Shown here one piece after another: positions 11,500 through 23,849 of a stretch of 64,000 nucleotides of DNA. The number at the start of each line of letters is the position of its first letter. Position 1 is the stretch's first letter. Both the position numbers and the translations under genes were made by a program. Under the pieces are notes generated by a model. That model ran no database searches. It saw only the letters and a list, made by a program, of their open reading frames with translations, and was not told the DNA's origin. The stretch covers positions 66,218,001-66,282,000 of the forward strand of contig NW_024704743.1 of the NCBI RefSeq assembly GCF_018977255.1. Direction: 5' to 3'. Source of the stretch: Callorhinchus milii (Eukaryota).

Positions 11500-12140
11500 C
11501 CTATTTTATTTCTATGTTCCAATGCATCCAAAGTGACCTTTTGTATCTGAGTATTCTTTCCCAAGTTTAGTTTGGTAAAAGATGTTGTGCCATTCATCCA
11601 AACAGCAGAAACAGTAACAGTGAATGGTATTAGATTTGTCCAAAGTGTAATGGAGCTTATCTAGCTACAAAGCCCCAATTCGAACAGACGTGTCATCATC
11701 TTATCAGGGACACTAAGATCATCTTCAAACTGCATTATTTTCAGACAGGTTCCAAGGGCAAGTGGTGTGTTTTAAATATCAGGTCTCACTCCATTATAAC
11801 TGCTGGGAAGAGGAGAGTTACAGGCATCATCTTTCTGTGCAAGCCAGAATTGTTCTCAATATCTGCCACAACAAACATCTCCTTCAGAAAGCTTTGTCAA
11901 AAGAAAGCAATCAGCCATGATGGTAGTGGTGATGAAGGGTCATGGACCTGAAACGTTGACTCACTTTCCTTTCTCCATAGATGCTGCTTGACCTGCTGAG
12001 TGTTCCCAGCGACTTCTGTTTTTGTTTTCATGATGGCAGTGGTACTCATTCTCAAAGCCACTTCCAAAGAACTGTTGGATTCATATTTCAAATGTTCCTG
12101 TCAACCATTATCTTACTAGGATAACTAGTTTGCTCCCTAT
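11500..12140 (-). mobile_element. RTE-like reverse transcriptase fossil (split by the insertion at 11931-12028)
   Basis: Collinear degenerate motifs on the minus strand: DKAF, LLWQILR (11854-11874), NGVR, MQFEDDL (11715-11735, xFADD-like). Confidence 0.5.
11931..12028 (+). mobile_element. Penelope-like non-autonomous element fragment
   Basis: Matches one arm of 13065-13322. Flanked by a 15-bp direct repeat, catgatggtagtggt (11916-11930) and catgatggcagtggt (12029-12043). Confidence 0.8.
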
Positions 12141-13064
12141 TAATGGTGTCAAAAGCTAACGGAAACCATAAATGAGAAGCAGGTGGTAAGTTAAGTCATT
12201 GTTTTTCAGAATGTTCTTGGGCAGCACATGGATTACTTATTCCATACAACTCTCTGAAGTGCCTCAATACATTCCTGAGTCAAATGGTTCAAAAACCTGG
12301 ACTGAAAATACAGCAGTATTAACATTGACTATATCCCACAAATTCAACCTTCATGTTCCATAAATGAAAAATTGCATGCTTTTCTCTGTTCTATGTGCAG
12401 GTAGACAGTTTAAAACAACACTGATTGCAAAAAGTGTTTTGGTGAAAATTACCAAAGTCGAGGGAGGATAAGGGATACAACTTGTGCAGTGAAGGAAGAA
12501 TATTTGATTAAGCTCCTCAGTCCATTATTTCTAATTATATATCTTGGCCAATTGCTGAGACAGAACTGGCCAGACTAATCCAGCTGGATTCAGTGTTATA
12601 TGTCAGCGGAATTAATATTAATGACGACTACTCAGTCTGAAATTTGGCAGAGGCTACTTTCATGAAGCTGATTTTGTAACCAAACTCACCATGAATATTT
12701 CTGTGAATACTCTAATTTGGAAAAATCCACACAATGTAAATTTCAGGAAAGACAATAAATTGAAAAGAAATGAAAAGAGCAGGAATTTATAAAATGTCTG
12801 ATCTTAACCTGTCTTAAATTGCCATTAATTTCTTCAAAATCCACACCAAAGGATGTGATAGACAGTAATTGGGAGCAAAGTTAAATGTTCCCACATTGTA
12901 AATTTGGAATAATTCAGGCAAAATTGAAACAAGAATGGCCCTGGCTTCAAATAAATGTATTTATTCTAGATAATATTTAACTTTGCATGTGTGATATTGG
13001 CTCAATTTTTAAAGTTGGAAATGGGTTTCAATGAAAATGTAACCAAACTACAGTATTGAGATAA

Positions 13065-13322
13065 AAGACAGAAGTCGCTGGGAACACTCAGCAGGTCAGG
13101 CAGCATCTATGGAGAAAGGAAAGTGGGTCAACATTTCGGGTCCACGACCGTTCATCAGAACTGAAGGTTCTGACGAAGGGTCATGGACCTGAAACGTTGA
13201 CTCTGATGAAGGGTTGTGGACCCGAAACATCTCACTTTCCTTTCCAGATGCTGCCTGACCTGCTGAGTTTCCCAGCGACTTTGTTTTTCAGATTTCCAGC
13301 ATCTGCAGTATTTTGCCTTTTG
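13065..13322. mobile_element. Fold-back Penelope-like element with 16-bp TSD
   Basis: Inverted arms 13065-13161 and 13167-~13290; perfect direct repeat tacagtattgagataa at 13049-13064 and 13323-13338. Confidence 0.85.
13163..13232 (+). ncRNA. Tandem minimal hammerhead-ribozyme-like motifs
   Basis: CUGACGA(13170)-AGGGUC-AUG-GACCU-GAAAC-GUU, then CUGAUGA(13203)-AGGGUU-GUG-GACCC-GAAAC. A third motif lies on the minus strand at 13125-13158. Activity untested. Confidence 0.5.
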
Positions 13323-13969
13323 TACAGTATTGAGATAATTTGACTCAGATTAATGCAATTACATAATAGAGCAAACCTCACTTGGATCATTGTATATATA
13401 GCTAACAGAATACTTTTACAGATGTGACATTTAGCAAGCAGTAAGAATACTATAACACATCTCAAACTGTCTTGAAAAAATAATTTAAAATGCAATAAAG
13501 CCCATCATATGTTATATGATTCAGCATCGACGGCATAACAACAACAATAATAATGATATTAACAATATTCCTTGAATTTAATGCAGCTCCTTTCACGTTC
13601 ACGTTCACGAATATGTCTAAAAGCTCTTCATAAGATTCACTGCAAACTGTTGTGATTGCATTTCTAGACAAACATTTACAGGCAGATATTATCAGAATAT
13701 TATTAGGATGTCATGCACATTAATGTTTCTTAGATTTATGTGAAAAGATACTTCACTTGAATTAAAAATGATTTGGGTGTAGTACCCACCAGTGTTCTTG
13801 TTACACTCTATTTCCTAGTTATTTCAAATAGGTCTCCCAGAAACTGCAACTTATTTTCTAAAACTGAAAGTATGTATATAATATCAGTTTTTATATATGA
13901 TTTAAGATATTTGAGATAGTTAATTGATTCCTGATTCAAGTGAATGAAAGCTTTGAAAAAAATGTGTGA

Positions 13970-14345
13970 GTCTGGCTTACCTGGTAGCCTTCTCGCTTCT
14001 GTGTCAGAAAGAGCCAATATAATGGATTGTCAGCAGGAGAGAGGGTTGCCTTGTCAGAGGTGCCACCCTTTGAATGAGACACTAAACAGAGACCAAGTTC
14101 CCTTGCTTAGATGGATGTTAAAGTGTTCCACTATTTGCAAAGTGAAGAGAGTTTTGAACAATCCCACAGATAACATACTTCGTCATTTGCTTCGTGGCTG
14201 CTTGTGAGACACTACTGTGCACAAATTGACTTGTGTTTACCTACAAATAAAAGTCACTACAGTTTACACACACTAGCGTTTTCAGGAAGTGCTTTGGGAC
14301 ATTTGGACATGACTAGGTGCTATATCAAATCAAGGATAATAATTT
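13970..14345 (+). mobile_element. Deu-domain SINE (family A), degraded
   Basis: Head remnant, 'gatggatgttaaag', tail 'gtgctatatcaaatcaaggataat'. Confidence 0.7.
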
Positions 14346-14399
14346 GTCCAAGCATAACAATTTGCATTTTTATTCACCTCATCACCTGAAGTCCTAAAT

Positions 14400-15000
14400 A
14401 CAATGCAATATTACATTTGTATAGCGCCTTTCATGTTGGGAGGACGTTTCAAGGCTCTGGACAGTCAGGGATTTAAACCCAAGCTGGCGGGGGAGGGGTG
14501 TTCGGATCGGGGGGGGAGGCGGTGGAGGGCAGGGAGGGTTGCCAAAGGCATAGACAAAGAGGAGGGTCTTGAGACTTAAAAGAAGCAAGGGAGGGAGCGA
14601 GGCAAAGGAAATTTAGGATGGAATTCCAAAGGGTGGGGGGAGAGAGGCTGAAGGCCCGACTGCTAATGGTGGGGCCGGGTGGCGGATGATGTGGAGCAGG
14701 CTGGAGCCTGCTGAGCAGAGGGAGCAGACAGGTTGGTAGGGAGTCAGCTGGTCAAAAAGGTAGGAGGGGTCAAAGCCATGGAGGGTCTTGAAGGTAAGGA
14801 TGAGGATTTTGAACCCCATCCTCTGAGGGATGGAGAACCAGTGATGCTGGTCGAGGGTGGGGGTGATGGGGTCACGGAGCCTGGTGTGGGAGAGTACATG
14901 AGCTGCATAGTCTTGTACGATCTGCAGCTTGTGGAGGGAAGAGTTGGGAAGGCCGACAATCAGGGAGCTGGCGTAGTCAAATCTAGATGTGACGAATGCA
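14400..15000 (-). mobile_element. L2 LINE 3' fragment
   Basis: ORF 14613-15029 (AFVTSRFDYASSLIVGLP...FKILILTFK) plus 3' tail. Confidence 0.92.
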
Positions 15001-15029
15001 AAAAGCGCATTGAACATAATTATTGTCAA

Positions 15030-15338
15030 ATGTCATTACTCTTATTTTGTGGGCAAACGCAGTGGCCATTATGCACAAAGAGAAAGGCCTACACCAGCAA
15101 TGAGGTGAATGACCAACTTTATTTATTCCCAGAAAAATTCCTTTCTCTTGTTGAATAGGGCCTTAAGATCTGCACAGGCAGACAGGAGTTCAGGTTATAT
15201 TCTTCTCCAAAGGGCAGTACTTCCCCAGTACTGCACTGAAGTGTCAGCCTAAACTTGAGCTCAAATCCTGACTTGGGGCTTGAATCCACAAGCTTCTGAT
15301 CCAGAGACGAGTATGCTACAAACTGAACCAAGCTGGCA
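15030..15338 (-). mobile_element. Deu-domain SINE, older copy
   Basis: 'cagtactgcactgaagtgtcagcct...ggggcttgaatccacaagcttctgatccagag' matches the family A head in reverse. Confidence 0.7.
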
Positions 15339-15344
15339 TGTAAG

Positions 15345-15720
15345 ATGCTTGTCTTGCTTGGTAAATCAAGTTAGATACCACACGATTGTCTATTACCATC
15401 AACAGTCCAATAATATTGTAAATAATAAGTTCCCTCAGGATACATACCGCGAAAACCATCACCATGCCAAAGAGTATTGCAAACCAAGCTGAGATTTCCA
15501 TGTATTCCACTTACACTGGAAAACTCAAGAGATAGATTGGTGGAATGGAATGTGCACTCTCTCCCTGGAGAAATGGATCTATCTTACCTAATTCCGGAAA
15601 GTATTTGGCACAGGTTGGCAAGAGCCAAGGCTTGGGGATCCCAGAGTGTGCATTGGGTATCACTTAGAGTTTGGACACCATGGAGATTAACTCAAATCAT
15701 GTTGCTTGCATTCACTATTG
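15345..15720 (+). repeat. Unclassified interspersed repeat, copy 1
   Basis: Core 'ccatcaccatgccaaagagtat...ctctccctggag...agtatttggcacaggttggcaagagccaaggctt' recurs inverted near 16250, 22830 and 39230. Confidence 0.75.
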
Positions 15721-16249
15721 CTAAGAGGGAAGATCTATATTTCAATAGTTTTCTTTAGTTTAATACTTGGTTAACACATTTGCACTCCAACAATACTGGT
15801 ATTTTAGTTTCAAACACATATATTCAGAAGACTGTTTTTTCATTGTAGAAGCACATTCATGTCTCAAAGCCAAAGCCAGGTTCACTTCAACATGAACCTG
15901 ACATTGGGTAACTGATGTTGGATACTTCTTTAAGAGTAAATTAAAAATTAACAAGCAGGCCAATAAGAAGGGCAGGAAGTACAAAAGGACACTGGGGGTG
16001 TGGCATAGGGTGTGGTTTAGGATGGTGGATTTATGAGTGTTTGGATTGATAAATAAAGAAGCTCACTCACACACCCTTGATTTGGATTGGGTTATATTAT
16101 AACTGAAGCTTATGGTATCAGCAATGATTTGATAGTGTGGTCAGTCCATAATCAAAGATCTGATTGCATTCCACTCCCTCCAATATATCTGTTATTCACT
16201 CAATAATCACTGCCGTTAGTTGAAGCAGGTCGGCAAGGGTCAAAACGTA

Positions 16250-16570
16250 GGGGTCGCAAACTTTGTCTCTTTCCAACCTGTGCCCAATACTATTCTGAAT
16301 TAGATAAGCAAGATGTGTCATTTCATGGAGAGAGTACACACATCATTCCAGAAACAGAGACCAGTGTAGGTGGCATAAGTGGGTGGCATTTTCAGACTGG
16401 TCTGGATACCCTTAAGCGTAGTGATGGGTTGCAACATGTGTCAGTCAATCGGCTGACCAAAGAAAAGTCATTTTGAAGGTCCAATCCTGGTTCCTTTGAA
16501 ACAGAGGTGGACAAACTATTTTAATGTAATATTGAGACTTACCAATATGAAAAGGCTCTTGATCTCAGAT
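16250..16570 (-). repeat. Unclassified interspersed repeat, copy 2
   Basis: 'tctctttccaacctgtgcccaatactattctgaattagataagcaagatg...ggatacccttaagcgtagtgatgg'. Confidence 0.7.
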
Positions 16571-16849
16571 GGTTCCCAAGCATGGGGTGATTAAATACAT
16601 TACCAGGGTTCCAGCATTCTAGGGCCACAGTGAGCTATGTAAATAGTAAAGCTCCCTCTACAGGAAGTAAATAGGTCATGCAATGGTTTAGTTTTGTTCA
16701 CAGACCCCCACGCTTATTGTACCAGAATTTGACATACTCATCTGTCATCACTCCATTCTGAAAATAAATCAGGTTTAGGACCACAGTCAAATCATAAACT
16801 GTACTATCAAACTGGGAAATAGCTTTGGAGTTGGAACCTGCAGGTCAAG

Positions 16850-17095
16850 ATTTGAGTGGTTTCCTCATCTTTATATTAGAGCAAAAACAGTTGTAAGTAC
16901 AGCCAGAAAATTGAAGGGTTGGGAGAAGTTGGAAGGAATTTCCTCCCCAAAGGTCTTTGGTGAGGTGTTTAAGAGATTTGGACAAGGTATTGATGCATAA
17001 GACAGAGAAGGGAAATAGGATTAAAGTGTGAAGCATTTCCAAGATCTACTAAAATGAAGCAGCGTTGAGAAACTAATGGCTTTCTATTGCTCCTA
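16850..17095 (+). mobile_element. CR1 LINE 3' end
   Basis: RV...WxxLP-like coding end, 'tttaagagatttggacaagg', and 'tctattgctcctaat' terminus. Confidence 0.6.
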
Positions 17096-17839
17096 ATATG
17101 TTGAACTCTCAAGCATCTTTTGACTTTACTGCACACAACTGCCACTCACCTCTCCCTTCCTGCTGTTTGCCTGCAAAATACGCAGTCACTATACATAACA
17201 GTGAATGCTGTGAAGTGCTTCGATATGTCCTCCTGATGCAATATCAAATGGAAGAATTATTATTCATTTTAATTATATTGATTTAGGTGCCTGGAGCAAT
17301 TAATAGTTCCAGTCTGTCATGCCTGGGAATTCCTACTTGCAAACCAATGGAATTTAAAGGGGAAACAACATCATGAAGTGATTAACAAACTTTGTTCCAT
17401 TTATTTGGAAGCATGTGCCACATAATGTGAGTTAGATAGATCATTGTTAGATAAATTCAATTGTAATGAAATTGTGATGAAAAGATGCATTCAAGAGGAA
17501 GCTTAACCTTCGCATGAGGGAAAGGGGAATAGAAGAATATGACAGGCATAAGGAATGGGTGAAAACTCATGTGGAGTATGAACACTTCATGGATTGGTTG
17601 GGCTGAGTGACCTGTTTCCATGTTGTATGTTCTTTGTAAATCTTTGTAAATCTCTACGAACGCAATAAAAATCATGTGAAAATATCTCGATGGCGTTGTA
17701 GGGCGCTATATAATATGCAATGATTATTAATGTTTATCATTCAAATGAAATTCATGTTCTATTATTTAAGCTTTCACTTTCTCCCTAATCAAAATCTAAG
17801 GTTGTATAATTCGATAACACCAAAACCATTAATCAAATG

Positions 17840-18128
17840 CACTCCCCGCCGGTCTCCCCAGCTCCACTATTCAAAAAATCCAGCTCATTCAGATCTCTGT
17901 CGCTCGCATACTTACCCGGACTAAACTCCGTACCCATGTCTCACCAGTTCTGACCCTTCTCTCCCCTTTTTCAAGTCCCCCCTGAAAATCTTCCTCTTTA
18001 ATCGTGCTCACAGCCACCTCCCCCACCCACCCCCCACCTGGCTCGGATTCATGCTCTGCCATTGTTAAGTGCTCTGAGACGCTACCCTGCCTGGAGGGTG
18101 CTATATAAGTGGAAGTTGCTGTTGTTGT
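17840..18128 (+). mobile_element. L2 LINE 3' end (second tail subfamily)
   Basis: Tail 'gctctgagacgctaccctgcctggagggtgctatataagtggaagttgctgttgttg'. Confidence 0.75.
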
Positions 18129-18379
18129 TAACTCTTTGTTGTATTCTTTGGTTTGCTTAGAATATCATGGGCAATAATAATAATAATGATAGAATACCTT
18201 TCACGTCAGGAGGACGTCACAAAGCTCTTCACAGGATATACTGTAAAGTATAAGGATTGTATATTTTGTAGGTGAATGCTTTGCAATAGAAATAGGATTT
18301 AAAAAGGATTTGCAAATACTGAATCCTACTGGTAATTTAAGTGTGTCAAAGCAACCCAAGGAAACCCGACTTATGACTA

Positions 18380-19460
18380 AAATCAGGCATGTGGGATTGT
18401 TGTAGAGTTAAAAGAATGATTTAAAGAATGGTTAGGCAACCGAAAACAAAGGTTAGGAATTAAGGGCAACTTCTCAGGTTTACCAGAGGTAGGAAGTGGT
18501 GTTTCTCAGGGATCCATGTTAGGACCGCACTTGTTCACTATATACATAAATCATTTGGATTCAGGTATAGAAGGCATGGTGTCAAAATTTGCAGATGACA
18601 CCAAACTAGATGATGTGGTAAATCTTGAAGAGGATTGCAGAAGATTGCAGGAAAATATAAATAACCTAGCAGAATGGGCCTAATAGTTGGCAAATGAAGT
18701 TTAAGGGTTGTAAGAAAATGCAAATTCATTCACTTCAACAGGAAAAATAAAGAAGCGATCTATAGTTAGATGGAGCAAATAGATCTGGGAATTCAGATCC
18801 ATAATCTCCAAAAATTGCAACACAGTTAGATAAGGCTACAACTAGGGCCAATGAGCTTTAGAGCATTATGTCCAGAGGGATAGAATACAAAAGTGAGGAG
18901 ATGATGTTGAATTTGTACAAAACCTTGGTTAGATCACATTTGGAGCATTGTGCCCAATTCTGGTCTCCACACTATAAGAAGGATATTGCAATGAGGGAAA
19001 GAGTACTATGTAAGTTTACTAGGATGACACCAGGATAAACACGATAGGTTAGGCCTTTTTTTGCCACAGAAGAGACATTTAAGAGGGGATCTAATAGAGT
19101 TGTTCCAACATTATAAAAGGTTTTGATAAGGCTAACATAAGTATAGACTGTTTCTATTTTTGGGGTAGTCCATAAACATAAGTCTAAGATAGCAACTAGG
19201 GTCTTTAAAAGAGAAATTAGGATGCACTAGTTCACTCAGAGGGTGGTGAGATTTTTGAACTTGTTGCCTCAAGCGGTGATTGAATCAGATAATATAGATG
19301 CATTCAAGAGGGTGCTGGACCTTCACAAGAGGTGAGGGTATAGAAGGGCATGGGAGGTAGTAAGGAGTGGGCGAAGACCTTTGTGGAGTATAAACACTGG
19401 CTGAGTTTGGCTGAGTGGCCTGCTTCAGTGCTATACATTCTTTGTAAATACTTATAAATG
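18380..19460 (+). mobile_element. CR1 LINE, RT domain to 3' UTR, degraded
   Basis: GVSQGSMLGP, KFADDTKL, LYKTLVRSHLEHCAQFWSPHYKKDI, and FTQRVV motifs. Confidence 0.92.
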
Positions 19461-20377
19461 TTTGCAACTGCAACACTCCCAGGAGGAGATTCAGTGTGGA
19501 GTTTTTGTGGCTCGGTCACAAATTGCTGATCCTACTGTTGGGAATAATGAGCCCTATTGGCTAAAACAACACATGTCATTGATATTAAATCTTCAGCACG
19601 GCCGAGGAAAGTCACTCCCAGGGGAAGGTGGTTGTTTAGCCCCAGCCCTATCATTTAAGATAATTAAGAATAGGTTTTAATGGGACATTTTCTGTCCTTA
19701 TGATTATCACTAGTGATAATTATATCACATACAGCATTTCTGCCCTAGCTCACATGAAACAAGATTCTACAAAGAGCATTTCTTACCTTTCACTTTATTT
19801 AAAGAAATGTTGGCAGTGGCAGTAGTAGAAATTCACTCTTCATTTCATGTAATACATGTAATTCACATGATAAGGAGGGCAGGTATGAACACAATGTTTC
19901 AAAATGCTGAGATCTGTAGGTACAATAATCCCCTTTGTATGCCACAGTCTTTGTTAAGCTATAACTAGACTGTGGCGTACAAAGAGGATTATTATACCCC
20001 CATATAGACTCCACTTTTGGTGGGCTGCTGGAAACAAGAAGAGGCTCAGATTCCAGCAAGCTGGAATTCAGATGGACCAGATCTGGCTTCAGAATGAACC
20101 ATTAAACAAGGGGTTAAATATCTTGCCTGAATCCATCCCCGTACAACATTGGAGATAGTTAACCAGGTAACTTTCCTCTCCTTATCAATTCATCAAAATA
20201 TTCTAATGCTGACTAGGGAAGAACTTAGCTCCAATGTCTGCCTGACACCAGAAACCTTGAGTGCAGTCCCCATTTCAATAGCCAACCAATCCATTATATC
20301 ATAAGGAATTTCAGCCCAGTCTTCTACTATTATCTAGAAAAGATTCCTTTTGGAATGCTAAACAAAAAGAAACACAA

Positions 20378-20690
20378 ATAATAATCCTTGTATTTGATAT
20401 ATCAACTTTCACTTTGGGAGGATGTTTCAAAACACTTCACAGGATGTACTGTGATATGCAATGACTGTGTATTTTGCAGGGGGAAACTCTAAACTACTAG
20501 AGTAGTGCCATGGAATCTGAATCATCCACCTGAATAGGTATTGAAAAGATTACACCTCTGACAATTGTGATGCACCCAACACTTTATTAGAGTGTGAACT
20601 TAGACCAGGAGTTCAAAGTTCTGATGTAGGGCTTTGAACCATAACATTCTCACTCAGAAGAATGAGTGTTACCAAATGAGCCAGGCTGAC
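20378..20690 (-). mobile_element. Deu-domain SINE (family A), internally deleted
   Basis: Tail, 'agtgccatggaatc...catccacctgaa', and head 'ccaaatgagccaggctgacac'. Confidence 0.75.
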
Positions 20691-21059
20691 ACAAAACAAT
20701 TGAGTTACTGGAGTCCAATTCACAATATCTGTGACCCTTGTTTGTGAATGTCTTAAACCATTTCATTTGTGATATTCTACAAAAAGGATATTTGAAATGT
20801 GCAAAAACAAGACCAGAGAGTGAATTGGCATAATTTCTCTTTTCATGTTGAGAGGATGGCTGAAAGCCTTTCACAGAATTTACTGTAAAATGTAGTGACT
20901 GTGTGTTTTGCAGGCAATCTTAGTTTGAAGGGGGAATGGGTGGGGTCATCTGGCAATATTTGCAAATTAGAATAATTTCATTAATTGCATCATCCAGTTA
21001 GCAAATTTCATTTTGCAAGATTCCAAATTCTGGCAAAGTCCAAAAATAAAAGCAAGTAG

Positions 21060-21470
21060 GCAACAATACAACAACAACAACAACAACATTACATTTGTAT
21101 AGCGCCTTTTGCATTGGGAGGATGTCCCAAGGCACTGGCCAATCAGTGTTTCGGACCCGAGCTGAGGGTCTCGATTGAGGAGGGTGAAGGGCAGGGGGCG
21201 AAGAAGGGTGACCGAAGGCACAGTTAAAGTGAAGGATCTCGAGACAGGTCTTGAGAGAGGTAAGGGAGCAGGCGAGGCGGAGGCACTGTGGGATGGAGTT
21301 CCAGAGGGTGGGCGGGGGGAGTGGATGAAGGCCCGACTACCATTGGTGAGACAGGCAAGGCGGGGGACGTGAAGCAGGCCGGAGTCCCCTGAGTGGATGG
21401 ACAGGCTGGTAGGGAGTTAGGAGGTTACAAATATAGGGGGAGAAAGTTCATGGAGGGCTTTGAAAGTGAG
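21060..21470 (-). mobile_element. L2 LINE 3' end
   Basis: (AAC)n tail, stem-loop and ORF2 C-terminal homology. Confidence 0.88.
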
Positions 21471-22829
21471 GCAACACAGCAAGAGGAATTGCAGTCCCAA
21501 CACATTATTATTGTGGGAGCGTTTGATTCATACAAGTATATTATTGAAGAGAGGATTTTTTTGGAACTCATGACTGACAGAGCGTGCAAAGCATAATCCA
21601 TACCATAAAAGAGATTTGCTGTTAATTAAATCTTGGAGAGAAATATGAAGTGAGCAGTATTCATGCATTCATTGTCTGGTCAGTTTTCTGAAACAGCTGT
21701 CAGGCAAATGGAAAAGAACAGGGGCTAAGAGCCAAGTAGGCCAAGAGGCTGGCAGATGGAGATAAACAAAGTTCCCACAGTGAGACAAAGCACAAAATTA
21801 CAGATGTATGTTCTTTCACGTGCTTAAAAAATACTGTTGATTATTTGCATTGATGCTCTCATAAATTATTCAGACCGGTTAGAAACAAGAAATCCTAAAT
21901 TGATCCACGTCAGACTGCTGTCTATCAGCACCATGTGGCTATCATGTGCATTCTATATTTTATAGCTTCCTGAATTTACTTGGCAGTTCAGAACCACAGA
22001 TCATCAGAAATCTGATCCATTTTTAAACAGAAAACTGGCTATATCTAACTGCTGCACAGGAAAAGGATTCTCATGTTTCAGAGCATGGGAGAAGTGAACA
22101 TTATATTTTGGATGTTTAAAAATATTGATGTGTGACCAATGAATTAAGCAAAAGTGCTTCTCAGCCTCTATATTCAGTATAAATGCATGTGGATGTATTT
22201 ATGTGGCTGCATAAAGAGCTGATACAATATGAATAATTATAAAGATAGCAGAGGAATCCTGTGATATACCCATACACCTCTATTCCTTTTTCGCTTGTGT
22301 ATGCTGATGGAGAAAGGAATAGAGAGGCATGACAGGGGTGTTTAGGAGTGGTAGAGGCTCATGTGGAGTATAAACACCATCACAGATGAGTTGGGCCAAA
22401 CAGCCTATTTCTGTGTCTTAATGTTCTATGTATTTCTATGAAATATGCAGGAAACAGTGAAGAATGAAATGTGTTTAACCAGGCTTCCATAATAATTAAG
22501 ATTTATGATCAAACTGGAGAGTTCTAAAATAATTTGCATCTATCCAGACATTGCCATCCATTTGATAATATTAATATAAGTGGGGTTTAATTTGCAAGAT
22601 TTGCAAAAAAGGGATTTATAAATGGATCCACGATATACTGGAAGTCTACTTTCACACCGATCTTAGGTTTAACTTCTTTGAGTAAAGTTCAAGAGGATAG
22701 GCTGCTACATAACTGGTATTTGCTGTTTCCACTTGCTTTTTGAGAATCTCGCAAATTAGACAAAAGCAATTTACATTTATACGGCTTCTTTCATGTCGGG
22801 AAGGCAGACAGTTCTGTCAACGGCAAGCC

Positions 22830-23090
22830 AAACAGTTTCATCTGGTTAGACTTCAGCAGTATCTCAATGCACATGCCATGTACCCGAATGCATACTCCAT
22901 TTACCCCAAGACTTGTCCCTTGCCAACCAGCGCCTAATACTCTCTGAATTAGGTCAGCAGGATGCATTCCTCCAGGGAGAGTGTGTGCAATCCATTCCAA
23001 TAAATATCACTGGAATTTCCATGTTGTAGGAGGGATACATGGGACTTTCCATTTGTTTAGATACTCTTAAGCATGCTGATGCATTTCCGG
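22830..23090 (-). repeat. Unclassified interspersed repeat, copy 3
   Basis: 'cctaatactctctgaattaggtcagcaggatgc...ggaatttccatgtt...gatactcttaagcatg' is shared with 39259-39395. Confidence 0.75.
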
Positions 23091-23277
23091 AGTTCCAGAG
23101 AATAGATATTGTGAATATATGTGCATGTGTGTACACATGTAAAATCGTGCCAACTATATGACTTCTAGAACATTGTTTATACTTTCAGTAAACACGGTAT
23201 AATAATCCAGCTGGGATTTGTGTCAATGCTAGTACTTTATTTTTCCATTCGTTCAGCCTTAATCTACAAAACCTGGG

Positions 23278-23434
23278 ATGTTTCTGTGAGATATGTTACA
23301 CCATCATCTCCTGTGGAAACTGGAGTTGGCAGAGACATAGCAGTTTTCAGACTTCTGAGTTCTAGGCTTCCTCCACATCTGCCAACTTCAGTTTCCACAA
23401 GCTGATGATGGCATAATATATCTCCCCAAAACAT
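23278..23434. repeat. Inverted repeat, MITE-like hairpin
   Basis: Arms 23278-23333 and 23378-23434 are about 80% complementary, with a 44-bp spacer. Confidence 0.8.
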
Positions 23435-23849
23435 AAAAATAAATCACAAAAGTATATCTGGAAGAATGGAAAAATAAATTATCAGTATCAAAACATTGAA
23501 CTTCGTATTTCTAAAGGCAATGATGTACATTTACTGAAAATATGAGGTACATGTATTTTTCAACTTCTTTACATAGGTTACCTGAACATTTATGTCAAGG
23601 ATATAAATACTTAGAAGTAAACACAGGACAACAGTCTAAACATAGAATTCATACTTTGCCAAAATGCATGAGTGGAAATGGGATATTTATAATAGGCATC
23701 TGAATCTCAAGAATAGATTGTAGCCTTGAAATTACTTTTTGGGATGTTATTATTTACAGTATATCTGCTTTCAGGTTTATTCTGTGAGGAATTTATTCTA
23801 TTTAAATTCGCTTTATATTCCACCCGCAGTTGTCAGGGAAGATACCAAT

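Noticed and set aside
13975..14000. 18-nt minus-strand micro-exon with a strong donor
   Set aside because: Lies in a degraded SINE head and has no independent support.
15375..15430. YHQQSNN resembling the Gypsy integrase motif YHPQSNG
   Set aside because: Single short motif, not reproduced in the homologous copy near 16500, with no other integrase motifs nearby.
22954..23080. Peptide PVIFIGMDCTHSP resembling the Argonaute PIWI motif PVIFLGADVTHPP
   Set aside because: Short match inside a four-copy repeat. The other copies do not preserve the motif, and the flanking residues and spacing disagree.
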